From Elusimicrobiota bacterium (lineage in GTDB: Bacteria; Elusimicrobiota; Elusimicrobia; F11), in the NCBI GenBank assembly GCA_046153645.1, contig JBJXGI010000089.1, positions 1 through 49,982 on the forward strand: a DNA stretch of 49,982 nucleotides, read 5' to 3'. Every line of letters begins with the position of its first letter. Positions within the stretch are counted from its first letter, which is position 1. The notes beneath the pieces were generated by a model. That model had not been told where the DNA came from, searched no databases, and saw only the letters and a program-made list of their open reading frames with translations. Shown here one piece after another: positions 17,793 through 29,300 of this stretch. The position numbers were made by a program, and so were the translations under genes.

Positions 17793-19913
17793 TTAGGAAT
17801 TCCAAAATTTATCTGAAATCTTTTTTAACGCATCAGAACTAATTTCTGACTCAGAAGATTCACCTTCTGGTTTTTGGGCAATTTCTTCATTTGTTAAGGT
17901 TGTTAATCGTGGAGCCATCAAACCAACCGGATCAAAAGCGCTTTTTATTTTTTTATGTATTTCACGAAATACAAAAGGGGTTGTTTTAACGGATTTAGAA
18001 GAAGCTTGGGCAAAAGAATATAAACGAAAGGTGACATCTAAAATAATTCCCAATGTTCCCCATGATCCAATCATGAGTTTGGGAACGTCATAACCTGCCA
18101 CATTTTTCATTGTTTTTGCTCCCAACTGGACAACCTCTCCCGTGGGGAGAAGAACTCGCATTCCAAGAACCAGATCACGTAACGAAGGCGCCACACTCTG
18201 ACGAGTGGCTAAAACCCCGCCAATACTGCCTCCCCCAGCAACCCATAAAAATTGACCCGCGGCCTCAACTTCTCGCCTCGCCTCTGCAAGTAAAGCACCC
18301 GATTGAATTGTTAATGTTAAGTTTCCTTTATCAAAATCAATAATCTTATTGAGTTGTTTCATTGAAACGATCAATGTTTCTTTTAAACGATATCGTGACG
18401 TTGTACCTTGAACACCAAAAGGTGTTTTTTTATGCGCCGCCGATCGAATTGTGTCAATAAGTTCGGGCTCAGTTGCTGGCGAAAATTTCCCTATCGCCAC
18501 CAAATCCGCCGAAGATTCACGAGGAACTTCAGGCGCTACTTTTCCCACCAACGGAATTAACTTATCAGGATTACATAAATTGGCAGGATCAAACGTGTGT
18601 TTAATTCTTCTAAAAAGAGAAAGCGTTTCTCTAGAGAAAAGCCATTTCATGGCTTCTCGTTTATCAATCCCCACGCCATGCTCTCCTGAAATGGTGCCAC
18701 CCAAATCAACGCAGGCTTTTAACATTAAATGCCCGGCTTCTTTTACTCGCTTGGTTTGTTCAATATCTCTTTCATCAAAAATAATTTGTGGGTGGAGATT
18801 TCCGTCTCCGGCATGAAATAAAAGCGCCACTTTAAGTTTAGCGGCCTGAGCAATTTCTTTTATTTTTTTAAGGGCTTCTGGTAATTTTGTTCGTGGCACC
18901 GCCCCATCTTCAACCAATACATTGGGTGCCAACCGTGCCATTGCCGCATAAGAACCGCGGCGCCCTTCCCATAGTTTTTTTCGCTCTTCTTCATCTTTTG
19001 CAAAACGGAATTCTTGTGCCCCATTGTTTTCACACATTTTTTGAATGGTATAAACTTGGGTTTCAAGTGAATCTTCTTTTGAGCCATCCACTTCAATGAG
19101 TAAAACCGCCTCTGCATCAACGGGGTACCCGGCATGAATAAAAGCTTCTACCGCCCTAACAATGGTTTGATCCATTGCTTCTAAGGTTGCGGGGAGAACC
19201 CCTGCTGCAATAATGTCAGATACCGCTTGTATTGCTGATTCAATAGAAGGAAAACTCACCAGCATTGTTTTGACCTGTTCTGGTTGTGGTAGTAATTTCA
19301 ACTTGGCCTTGGTGACAACACCCAATGTCCCTTCTGATCCCACAAAAAGACCAGTTAAATCATAACCAGGGTCATCTAAGCTGGTTTGAATCAAATTTCC
19401 ATTGGGGAGTACGACGTCCAATCCCAAAATGAATTGAGAGGTGACTCCATATTTTAAACAATGCGGGCCCCCGGCATTGGTCGCAATGTTACCACCAATC
19501 GTGCAAGCTTTTTGACTCCCAGGATCGGGTGGATAAAAAAGTTTTGAAGTCGCCACATATTCTTGGATTTTGAGGTTAATAACACCAGGTTCAACAATCA
19601 GTTCTTTTCGTTCTTTGTCTAACTTACCAAACTTATTAAAACGTGCCATCGCAATAACTGCCGCGCCATTTAACGGAATCGGCCCCCCACAAAGACTGGT
19701 AGCAGCCCCTCTCGCCACATAAGGAATTTTATTTTGAACAAAAACTTGAACGACTTTCTGAACCTGGTCCGCATTTTGAGGAATCACAACCACCGAAGGA
19801 ATAGAACGGTCTAATGCCGCGTCAAAGGAATAAGAGAGCAACTCTCCCGATTCGCAAAGCACGTTTTCTTTTCCTAAATACCCAATTAATTTTTGAATGA
19901 TTGATGGATTCAT
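17793..19913 (-). CDS. glcD: FAD-linked oxidase, GlcD fused to a shortened GlcE-like domain
   Basis: PPDPGSQKACTIGGN..GPHCLKYGVT, GSEGTLG, HAGDGNLHP, GEHGVG, FDPANLCNPDK; then a second FAD domain with KNVAGYDVPKLMIGSWGTLG. Confidence 0.88.
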   Translation of the reverse strand: MNPSIIQKLIGYLGKENVLCESGELLSYSFDAALDRSIPSVVVIPQNADQVQKVVQVFVQNKIPYVARGAATSLCGGPIPLNGAAVIAMARFNKFGKLDKERKELIVEPGVINLKIQEYVATSKLFYPPDPGSQKACTIGGNIATNAGGPHCLKYGVTSQFILGLDVVLPNGNLIQTSLDDPGYDLTGLFVGSEGTLGVVTKAKLKLLPQPEQVKTMLVSFPSIESAIQAVSDIIAAGVLPATLEAMDQTIVRAVEAFIHAGYPVDAEAVLLIEVDGSKEDSLETQVYTIQKMCENNGAQEFRFAKDEEERKKLWEGRRGSYAAMARLAPNVLVEDGAVPRTKLPEALKKIKEIAQAAKLKVALLFHAGDGNLHPQIIFDERDIEQTKRVKEAGHLMLKACVDLGGTISGEHGVGIDKREAMKWLFSRETLSLFRRIKHTFDPANLCNPDKLIPLVGKVAPEVPRESSADLVAIGKFSPATEPELIDTIRSAAHKKTPFGVQGTTSRYRLKETLIVSMKQLNKIIDFDKGNLTLTIQSGALLAEARREVEAAGQFLWVAGGGSIGGVLATRQSVAPSLRDLVLGMRVLLPTGEVVQLGAKTMKNVAGYDVPKLMIGSWGTLGIILDVTFRLYSFAQASSKSVKTTPFVFREIHKKIKSAFDPVGLMAPRLTTLTNEEIAQKPEGESSESEISSDALKKISDKFWNS

Positions 19914-19951
19914 AACTAAGATATTGCTTGATCATTATAGCCTTCCAATTG

Positions 19952-19967
19952 AGTGACAGCTATCACC
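19952..19967. promoter_or_regulatory. CRP/FNR-family-like palindrome in the divergent intergenic region
   Basis: AGTGA-CAGCTA-TCACC compared with consensus TGTGA-N6-TCACA. Confidence 0.45.
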
Positions 19968-20037
19968 TTGCTGAAATGACCACCTTCTGTTAGGTTCATA
20001 GTCATAGAACAAACAAGACTTTAACGGGAGTAATAAC

Positions 20038-20265
20038 ATGCCAAAAATTGAATACCAATTTAAACCAGAACTTGAAGAACAGCAGAAGAAAGATGTCATA
20101 GAACAAGTTGAAGGCGCGCTCAGACAAGGAATCTTTAAATATGCCGCCAATGACTCCATTTTAGCCATCATCAACACTGATTCTCTCAATCGCCACTTTT
20201 TAGCGCGTCTTAGCAATGCAAAAGATAAAACCAACCTCTCTGGGAAAATTAAACTCGCCGCTTAA
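20038..20265 (+). CDS. Small hypothetical protein (75 aa) ending in LAA
   Basis: SD GGGAG 7 nt upstream; candidate promoter TTGCTG-N17-TAGGTT (19968-19996); protein-like composition. Confidence 0.7.
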   Translation: MPKIEYQFKPELEEQQKKDVIEQVEGALRQGIFKYAANDSILAIINTDSLNRHFLARLSNAKDKTNLSGKIKLAA

Positions 20266-20307
20266 ACATTTTGAGCTCATAAAAAAAACGTTACAACTCT
20301 TTTTCAA

Positions 20308-20343
20308 AAACTTAAGGGAAACTTAAGAACATTTCTTTATCAT
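20308..20343 (+). promoter_or_regulatory. Direct-repeat operator plus -10 box for the giant gene
   Basis: AAACTTAAG twice at an 11-bp period (CTTAAG-N5-CTTAAG), then N10, TATCAT, and 6 nt to the ATG. Confidence 0.55.
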
Positions 20344-20349
20344 GGCGGG

Positions 20350-23300
20350 ATGTTAAAAAAAATATCTTCGCTTATATTAACGCTTCTCTATACTTTTATG
20401 CAGGTTGTTTCCGCTCACGCGGCGGAAACATCTCTTTGGGCGGAACGTAAAAACCACTTTCAAAATAAAAATTCCGAAGCTCAAACGTCTCCCATTAATC
20501 TAAAAAACCTAACCCTTCCTTTATTTTATAACCAACGTTTTATCAATCTGGGTTTCGCAGAGTCTCACCCCGTTCAAACCATTCCTCAAGACATTGTTTC
20601 TATTCAGGAGATCCATAAGGGCTCTCAAAAAAACTTTGTTTTTCTTATTCAAGACATTCATCAACACACACAAGCGCAAGAAATCATTGCTAAAACCATT
20701 CAAACCATTTCAAAAAATTCAACCCAAGAGATCATGATCGCACTCGAAGGAGCCCATGGTTTATTCGATTTTGAACCATTTAGATATTTAACGACTCCCG
20801 AAATAACAAAAAAAATAGCGAAAAATTTTCTCAATGAAAAAAGAATCTCTGGGGCTGCTTATGCAGGGCTAACCATGGAAGCCCCTTTGCCTCAATTTAT
20901 GGGGGTTGATGACCCTCTTTTATATTCAGACCACGTGAAAGCCGTTCAAGACGTTGAAAAGAACAAAAAGAACTTTGAAAACCAAATTATAAAGTCAAAA
21001 ATTGAACTTACTGAAAACTTCTCTCAACTGAACCCTCATTTACAACAACTCTTAACAATCAAACAAGAATATATGAAAGGGAAGTTATCGCTCTCAGCTT
21101 ATATAAATGAGTTTCACACATATTCAAAAGTTAAAATCCCCGCAGAATTAAATTCTTTTAACCGTACCGCAGAAATCGAGAAAAGCCTTCATTTTCAAAC
21201 CATAGAAAATGAACGAAAAAAGGCTTTTGACCTTTTATTCTCAAAATTAACCGAAGCCGAATCAAAAACGTTTATCCAAAAAATCTGGGGCTTTAAGGAG
21301 GGTAAAATTTCCAGCTCACAATTTTATTCTGATTTTTTTCAACTTCTTAGAAATAAAAACATTAAAAAAGAGAATTACTCAGCACTTCTTCAATACACTG
21401 TTTACTTAGAAAATATTGATTCTCTCCAAATTTCCAAGGTTCTTGAGGAGCTTGATGCTTATCAGACGGCTGTCGTTGAAGAATATGCCACCACTTCATT
21501 TGAGCATGCCTATATTCGAGAAGAAAAAACCGTGTCTTTATTGGAAAAATTATTGAATTTTTCTCTCACAATGAACGAATGGCAACAATACAAAAAAGAG
21601 AAAAATGCACCCTCTTTCCTCATTGAAAATAAGTTTAGCGACGTATCTTTATTTGAAAAGTTTTACGAACTGGCAGATAAACGAAGTGAAAAAATGGCCG
21701 TGAACCTCCTGGCTTCTTCCAAAACAGCCCAAAATGCCATTTTAGTTACGGGCGGATTCCATACTGAAGAAATCTTAAATGAACTAAAAAAACAGGGCAG
21801 CTCCTATGTGATTCTTCAACCAAAAATTTCCCACGTCAACGAAATAAATGGCTCAGATTATTTATCTGTCTTTACACGAGAAAAAACGCCTTTAGATAAA
21901 TTGATGATGGGCGATAAATTATTCTTGACCAATGGGGCAGAGTTAATAGGGTCTCCTAATAATATGGCTCGCCCTGTATCAGTACTTTTTAGATCTATTC
22001 AAATATGGATTTTGGCTCAATCACACAAAGGTATTTTTTCAAGACAGGGGTTTGTCATACGACTATTAAAAACCGGAATTGAAATTACAGATCAATTATT
22101 CCTTTCGGTTCTTTTTCTATCAAAAAACCCCGATAAAAATTCAGAAACCGTACAAACCCCAGAGGGTATTTTGCATGTTAAAGCCGCGCCCTTAACCAGT
22201 GAAAAGACTTATGAATGGGCGGAGAAAAGAGGGTTTTCCAAAAGATTCGCGGAAGTCTGGGTTGCTTTTTGGAAAGAAGCTTATGACGTCTTTACTGCAA
22301 ATTATCTCGATAAAGCTCATAACCATATTAATGACTGGCAAAGAACAAAACGAAGCTGGGGGTTACGACTCATTTGGCTTTCTGGATTCATGGGAGCAGC
22401 ACTAACAGCTTATCTTTTTTCATCTGCACTCAATAATATTACCCAAAACAAATGGTTTACTTACTTAGCTCTTATCGCGATTGCTGAAAATATTTTAATT
22501 GCCTCTGACCTGAGAGCTCGCTTAATAAAAGACAAAAATAATATTCATAAATTTATTTACTATCCGATGAATTTTGTTTTTTCACTTATTGCTCTCCCCG
22601 CTATAATTCCTGGCACCATCGTCCACTTTTTTTGGAACGTTATTTTCAAAAGCGCCCCCTTAACCAGCACCCCTAAATTTGAAATTACCGATAAAACCCG
22701 AGATATCTTTAAAAAATCAATCGGAAATGAAGCGCTCTTTTTTTTAGCGGACTTTATTAACGACGAATTAATGGAAATTGCAGACTCATATTATTCAGGC
22801 GACACAATAAATCAATTAGATAAAGCTTTAGAGAAAATTAAACGCATAAGTGGAAAAAGAAAAAAATTTAACGAGCCTGGAGTCAACATAGGTGATAACA
22901 TGCGCCTCATCTGGGAAGCTCTGCGAGACGCCAAATATCCCATCGGTGATATTATTTTACCGCGATATTCAGGCACCTTAGACCCATTAGTGCAAGAGTG
23001 GATTGATCATTATACACATGAAGAATTTTTAACCCCTAAATTATCCCCGAATTTTCTGGCCACTAACAAGGGAAAAATATTATCCATGATGGGATTAGAT
23101 TTTCCCAAAAAACAGGAGGATTTAGAGCCAAAACACCAAGCATTATTTCCAGAAGTAGTGCCAGAAACCTCAACAGAAGTTTTTGATAAAAAATTAAAAC
23201 CACTCATCAAAAACGGATTGGAAAACCCCAAAAAAGAAAGCGCTCTCTTTATTTATTTTGGCTTGGGCACGGCTTTGCCTTTGGCGGAGACTCTCCTCTC

Positions 23301-26300
23301 TATTGAGAAAGTTACTATTATTGGAATTAGTCGAGAAAACATTTGGTATTTACTTCAATCAATCGATTATCAATACATTCAATGGGGGCTAACAGAAGAA
23401 CAAAGGAAAACAGTTCTTAAAAGACTTACCATAGAAATCAAAGATCCTTTTGGAATCATTGACGCTTTTACCACTAACTTCAAACATGAAATTGTAAATT
23501 TCAAAAAATACCTCGAAGAAGCGGGCAAGAAACCTCAAGCCAAAATAGTAAAAGAAAAAATTAAAAAATTTTATCGAACAAGATTTTTTGAATTGATAAA
23601 AAAACTTGAAGATGTAAGCTGGGAGTTAATTAATTCAAATCAAAAATTTGACTATATTATTTCAGAAAACACTCACTTTTATTTTATATCACTCATAAAA
23701 AATATTTATTCTCAAACCGCAGGGAAAACCTACCCCCAAAATCTACAAGAAGATCAAAATTTTATTGGAACCTTCCTTGGCCCTATTGCGCTTGGAAAAC
23801 TAACTAAACTTTTTCAAGATCATGCGCATGATGAAACAAAAATATTTTTTGCTGAAGCCAATGGGAAAATACAAATAAAGCCACTCACTGATAATTCTGG
23901 ATATGAAATCGGCGATCATTCAACCATAAATGATTTCCTTGGACTCTTGTATCCATTATTTACCATATTCCCTCTCGGTATTTGGCCGTGGCCTTTAGAT
24001 TTAGAAAAATTAACCAAAGAAACCTCTGCCAGTTTAATTAACGGTTTTATTTTTAAAAAAATAAAAGCTGCACCTTCCGATAAAGAAGAAGTGGAAAAGC
24101 CTATTTACAAAGAAAGACAAATTTCCAGAGAAGACAAAACCATGCTTATCTCAGAACTAAAAAAATATAATTTGACCCTTCCTGAGGATATTATTACGGC
24201 TCTTTTAAAACTACCTTACGCTCAAATTTCACTTGAAGGAGTTGATCTGATTGCAAAAACAGAAAGTGGATCCCTAGTCGTAACAAATGAAAATGCCCTT
24301 CAAATTTTATTTGCCCTTCAAAAAGTAGACGATGAAAGATTCAAAAAAGATTTTTATGGTTTAAAGATCCCAAGATACATGGATAACGAAGGAGCCAGAA
24401 TAAGTTTTCACCGCTGGCGCGCTGTTCAAAATCATACAACGCTCATCCCGACACAACGCATCATTCGCCTCCACGAATTAAACCGCCGAAAAGTTATAGA
24501 AAAATTACTGGAAATTGAAACGTCACAGGTAAGAGAACTTGATGAATTATATGATCCACTTTTTTTAAAAGATGCTTCTTTCGGAGATATTGAAAAACAA
24601 AAAAAAGAACTGCGTGAGTTAGCAAAACAATATTTTTCAAATCCAATAGATAAAAAAGTTCTTTTTAATATCTTTGATCAAGATGATTCATTTGCTCTTT
24701 TAGAAGCGGTACTAAAACACAAAGAAGTCCACATTGCCGATTGGAATGATTTGGTTCTCCGTGAAAAAACCATTCCGGAACTTGTTCTTCAAATGAAAGC
24801 CATCGGCTTAAAACCCACGGAAATAAAAACCCTTTTAAAAAGATTGCGTTTTCACATTCAGGATTTAAGTGGTTTTATAACAGAATTCTCAGAAAAGTTA
24901 TCCAAAATTGTAGAGGAAGGAAAAGCGAATTACGACGCCGCGATAAATTCAATTGCATCTGAGCCGAAAGAAAAATCATCCGCGAAAAATACTTATCTTG
25001 GACCAAAACCTAGAAATATGGGCGAAGCCGCAAAATTTTTATTTGATCAAAAAGCCAAAAGCCCTAAACCGCTTTCTCAGGTATCTCCTGAAAAAACCCT
25101 AGAACTAATGAGAGACAAAATATTAGACCTTATTAAAGAAATAAAGTTTTCCGGTTGGGCGCCTGAAGGAACAGAAAAATTTGATCTAGTCATTCATTCT
25201 ACCTATGTAACCCATGTTATGGAGATGATGGGGAAAATAATTGCATTTGAATTAATTTACGATGACACTTTTTCGGAAGAATTATTTGATGACTATCGCC
25301 CCTATATTATGAGCGCGATTAGGAAAAAATTAAAAAACTTTATTGATATTCAAATGGAATTATTCGACAAATTAATGGCCAAAAATGGACGCAGTGTTAT
25401 TTTTGATTATAATGGAAGAGTTACAGTATTTTTAGACGACAATAAATTTAAGATAGTAAAAAACCCAGGGACGGACGAATTTTTCAATGGTTTAAAAAAT
25501 AATTTTAATGTTGAGCAAGTAGATGAGTGGCCCTTTATTCATACAGAAGTATCAAACAAAACCCCCGCCAATGGACTTTCGGCTACAGCATTATTTTTCT
25601 CAAACAAATCCATTGAATCACCACGAATTGAAATTGACGCAGTAAAACCAGAAAATACGGAAGTAAAACCGGTCGAATTAGAAGCGGCCCCCCTCACACC
25701 AAGAGCTCCAAAAACTCCAATACAAACCTCAGGTGGAATAATAAATCCTCTCCCAAGAACATCTGGAAAGGTTAAAGCAATCACTTCAGGAAAACCGGGA
25801 ACACCTCTGAAACCAAAAAGTGTCGGAGATACTTCTCCTGTGGCAGTAAATGAAACTATACCCGAACCAGATCCAGATTATGTTCGAATTGGAAATAATA
25901 GTGAGCCACCTTTTTTCATTATAGAGGGACCAATTCCATTAATCGTTGATGACGGGGCAATTCAAGTGACAGGTCCACTTGCCAATACAGTGACGATTAT
26001 GGGGCCTGTTGTCCTAGGTTTTACTGTTGCCGATGCGACATTAAATGAATCAAAACCACCCACACCCAAACAAGTCAGACAAATACCTGAACTATTTTCA
26101 CCTAATACAGTAGACGATCAAAACTTGCTTTTAAAAATTGCCATAGAAATCATCCCAGACTTTTCCGATTTAATCCCTGGATTTGATTTTTCTTGGGTTT
26201 ATTCTTATGCCGATAAACTCCTGCAAAATGTTGATTTAAAATCACGAGAGAGCGCAGAAGCGGATATTCGAGATTCACTCATGGGAATGCTTGAAACTGC

Positions 26301-29300
26301 CGTTACTTTTTTAGAATTTTACCCTAAAGGTAATTTAACCGAAGCAATTTCAATTCATCTCCAAAAACTTATTGAAGCATGGGAAAAAGTTATTGAAGCG
26401 GGAAAAAATGGAACTGAAATCATCGTTGATCACTACGAAATTACAGAACAGACACTGAGCTCTTTTACTCCTGATTTACCAGAAATATTTATTAACAATT
26501 TTAGTGAGGATGACCAAAATTATTTAAAACATCCACGTCAAAACAATTTAAGAGAACCTCTTGAGAATATTTATTGGAACCTAAAAACACGCGAAGATGA
26601 TGCTGATGACCAAGAAATTTTTAAAGTCTTAAAAGTGTTTATCCAATATCGAGTTGAATCAGGAATGCTGTCAAGTGATGAACGCGTGGTTTACGCCAAT
26701 GAGTTTTTAAGTTTTATCGCTATGAATACGGACCTTTCCATTGATTCTATTCTCTCTATTGCTCAACAATATGAAGAATTTTTAAGGTCCAACTTCAGCG
26801 ATCGAAAACAAATTTACCCCTTGGCTATTTTGGAATCTTTTCGAGAGAATTTGACTCCTGATCCTGAAAAATATTTGGTTCAACTGGAAGATGAAAATTT
26901 TACACCTCCCGAAGAAACGGAAGAAGAAATTCAGAAAAGAATAGACCGAAAAGATATTGAGATTATGGTTCTAAGAAAATTAATTTTCTTTTCCGCACTT
27001 TTCAAGTCAGAAGATGAAACAACCAAATTCACAAATGACTTTGTTCGTTTTATTCAAGAAATAAAAGAGGCCAATAATCGTGATTTAACTAAACCAGAAA
27101 TTGAGTTTTTGGCTGACTTAACCCTTCAATTCATGACACACTTTTTAAAGCATAAAGAATTTTCAGCAACAAGTGTCCCTTATTACATTTTTAAAAAATT
27201 AAAAAATATTATTTTGACTATCAATGAGACCCCAAACTTGGAAACACTCAAACAAGAAACAATAAACAAACATTTTGGCGAATGGGAAATTTCAATACTA
27301 GCCGATATAAAAACAGCCACTGATCGAGCCAATGATTTAATGAGCATTTTAAAACAGGCAACAAACTCGCTCCCTCCCGAACAACAAAAACGTCATATGC
27401 AAGCCATTGTTATAAAAGCTCTCGCTATCATCAACGGCGGTGAAGAAGTGATCTCTTTAGAAAATTCGGATCTCGATTTAGAACTGATACAATCAGCCGC
27501 TCAACAAATGGCGGACTATGTTAAAAATAACATCGAAGGCCAAGGCGACGGTACGCATACGATGCCTCTCGAAATATTTAACCGCCTTTTCAAGAATTGG
27601 TCAGCTGACGATGGGAAAACAGATGTAAAACTCCCAGAAACCACGGAAGAATTAGCTCCGGTTGCGGCTTCTCCAGATAAGGCAGATGAAAAGGCTACTG
27701 TGGATGCAGCCACTCTTCCAAATACAGTCGCAACACTTCCCGTGGTAGAACAAATCATAGAACCTCAAGGACCTGCTGCACCAATACAAGTTCAAACGGA
27801 AACAAACCCGCTGCCACCATTTGAAACTGGAATCATTGCCAAAGTAAATGAAGCCATTGACCAAGTTTCACCCGAAACAGAACTGGGCTTCCGAGATAAC
27901 TTTTCCCAAATCATGATTCAATTTTTAAAGCCATATGCGGATAAAATAAAAATGGATTTGGATTTTGTTGTTCCTCTCTCTCTATATTTATTTGAAATGG
28001 GCGTTTCAGCTGAAAATCAAGGACTGCCTTATATATTGGGTGTCAAAAGAGTTCTCAGAATTACTCACGAATATTTTCAAACTGATTCTTTTACAAGCAA
28101 TGTGGAAAGAATTAAAAACACCACTGATTATTTAGCGGGCAGCTTTTCGAACACTTTTTCGCCCGATATAAAACAATTGTTATCTAGAAATTCACAAACT
28201 TATTTACAAAAAAATGATACTCCACTAGTCACCATTAATAAATTTGAAGAACTTGTTGATACGCTGCTTCAACTTGTTCCCCCTCAGGACCGAAACGAGT
28301 TCAACAAGACCAGATTTATTAATGAAATCACTTCATTGATAAGAAAAACAATAGCTGGTGAAGCTGCCATACCAATGACAGAAGAACAAATAAACTCCCT
28401 GTTTAATTTTGTTTTGTGGGGAATTGCCTTAATGAATAATCCGCCACTACCAAAAGTTGTTGAGTTTATTGCCATCTTAATGCCCAAATTAAAATTGCTC
28501 CCGGAAATTAATGAAGATGCGCTTGAAATATTAATTAGAACAGCTATTGATGAGACAGAAATTGTTTGCGCGCGAATTCTTTATTTAAATACAGAAACAC
28601 GAAAAGCCCTTGATTCTGAAGAAGGAAAGCCATACTTGAATTTTTTCGATTTAATAGGCCAAATCATCTTGAGTAAAACCACAACCCATATAGAAGATCA
28701 AGATCGGATAAAATTTATCACATCTAACTTAATTAACATAAAAGTTCAAAATACTCTCTTAAGAAATAACCCAGAGAAGATGACCTTATTATTAACGGAA
28801 ATCATCGCTGCATTAAATGCTAATCCAAATTCAAAATTGAATGATATTGCGGTGATCGTTATGACGGTATCAATAAAATTGGCTTCTTATTGGAGAGATT
28901 TAAGTGAGATCACATCTTTTAAATCATTAATACAGGAAGGAATTAAAGAGGCAATAAAATATTCTGAAAGTTGGGAACTGCTTAAATCACCAATCAAAAA
29001 AAACCTCTTTCAAATAAATGGTACTCCTGTCATTATGGCGTTATTAAAATTTTTAAAAGAAACATATTCTCATATGCCAAAAAACAACACAGACAAAGCA
29101 AAAGAGGGAATACGCTATTTAACAGTGCACATTTTCGATCAATTCTCTTCAGACAAATCAACACTTCAAGAAGTTCTGGAATTTTTAACAACACAGTTAG
29201 AAACTAACCCGAGAATAGGAACAAAACTTTTCGCTGAAGCCGCAAAGAAATATATAACAGCATTAGCAACCTTGCTTAATGACGGGAAAGGTTTCTCACA

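Noticed and set aside
20038..20265. tmRNA, suggested by AAND...LAA
   Set aside because: No tRNA-like GGGG..TTCGA 5' end or TCCACCA 3' end; the region has an SD and ATG and reads as a normal ORF.
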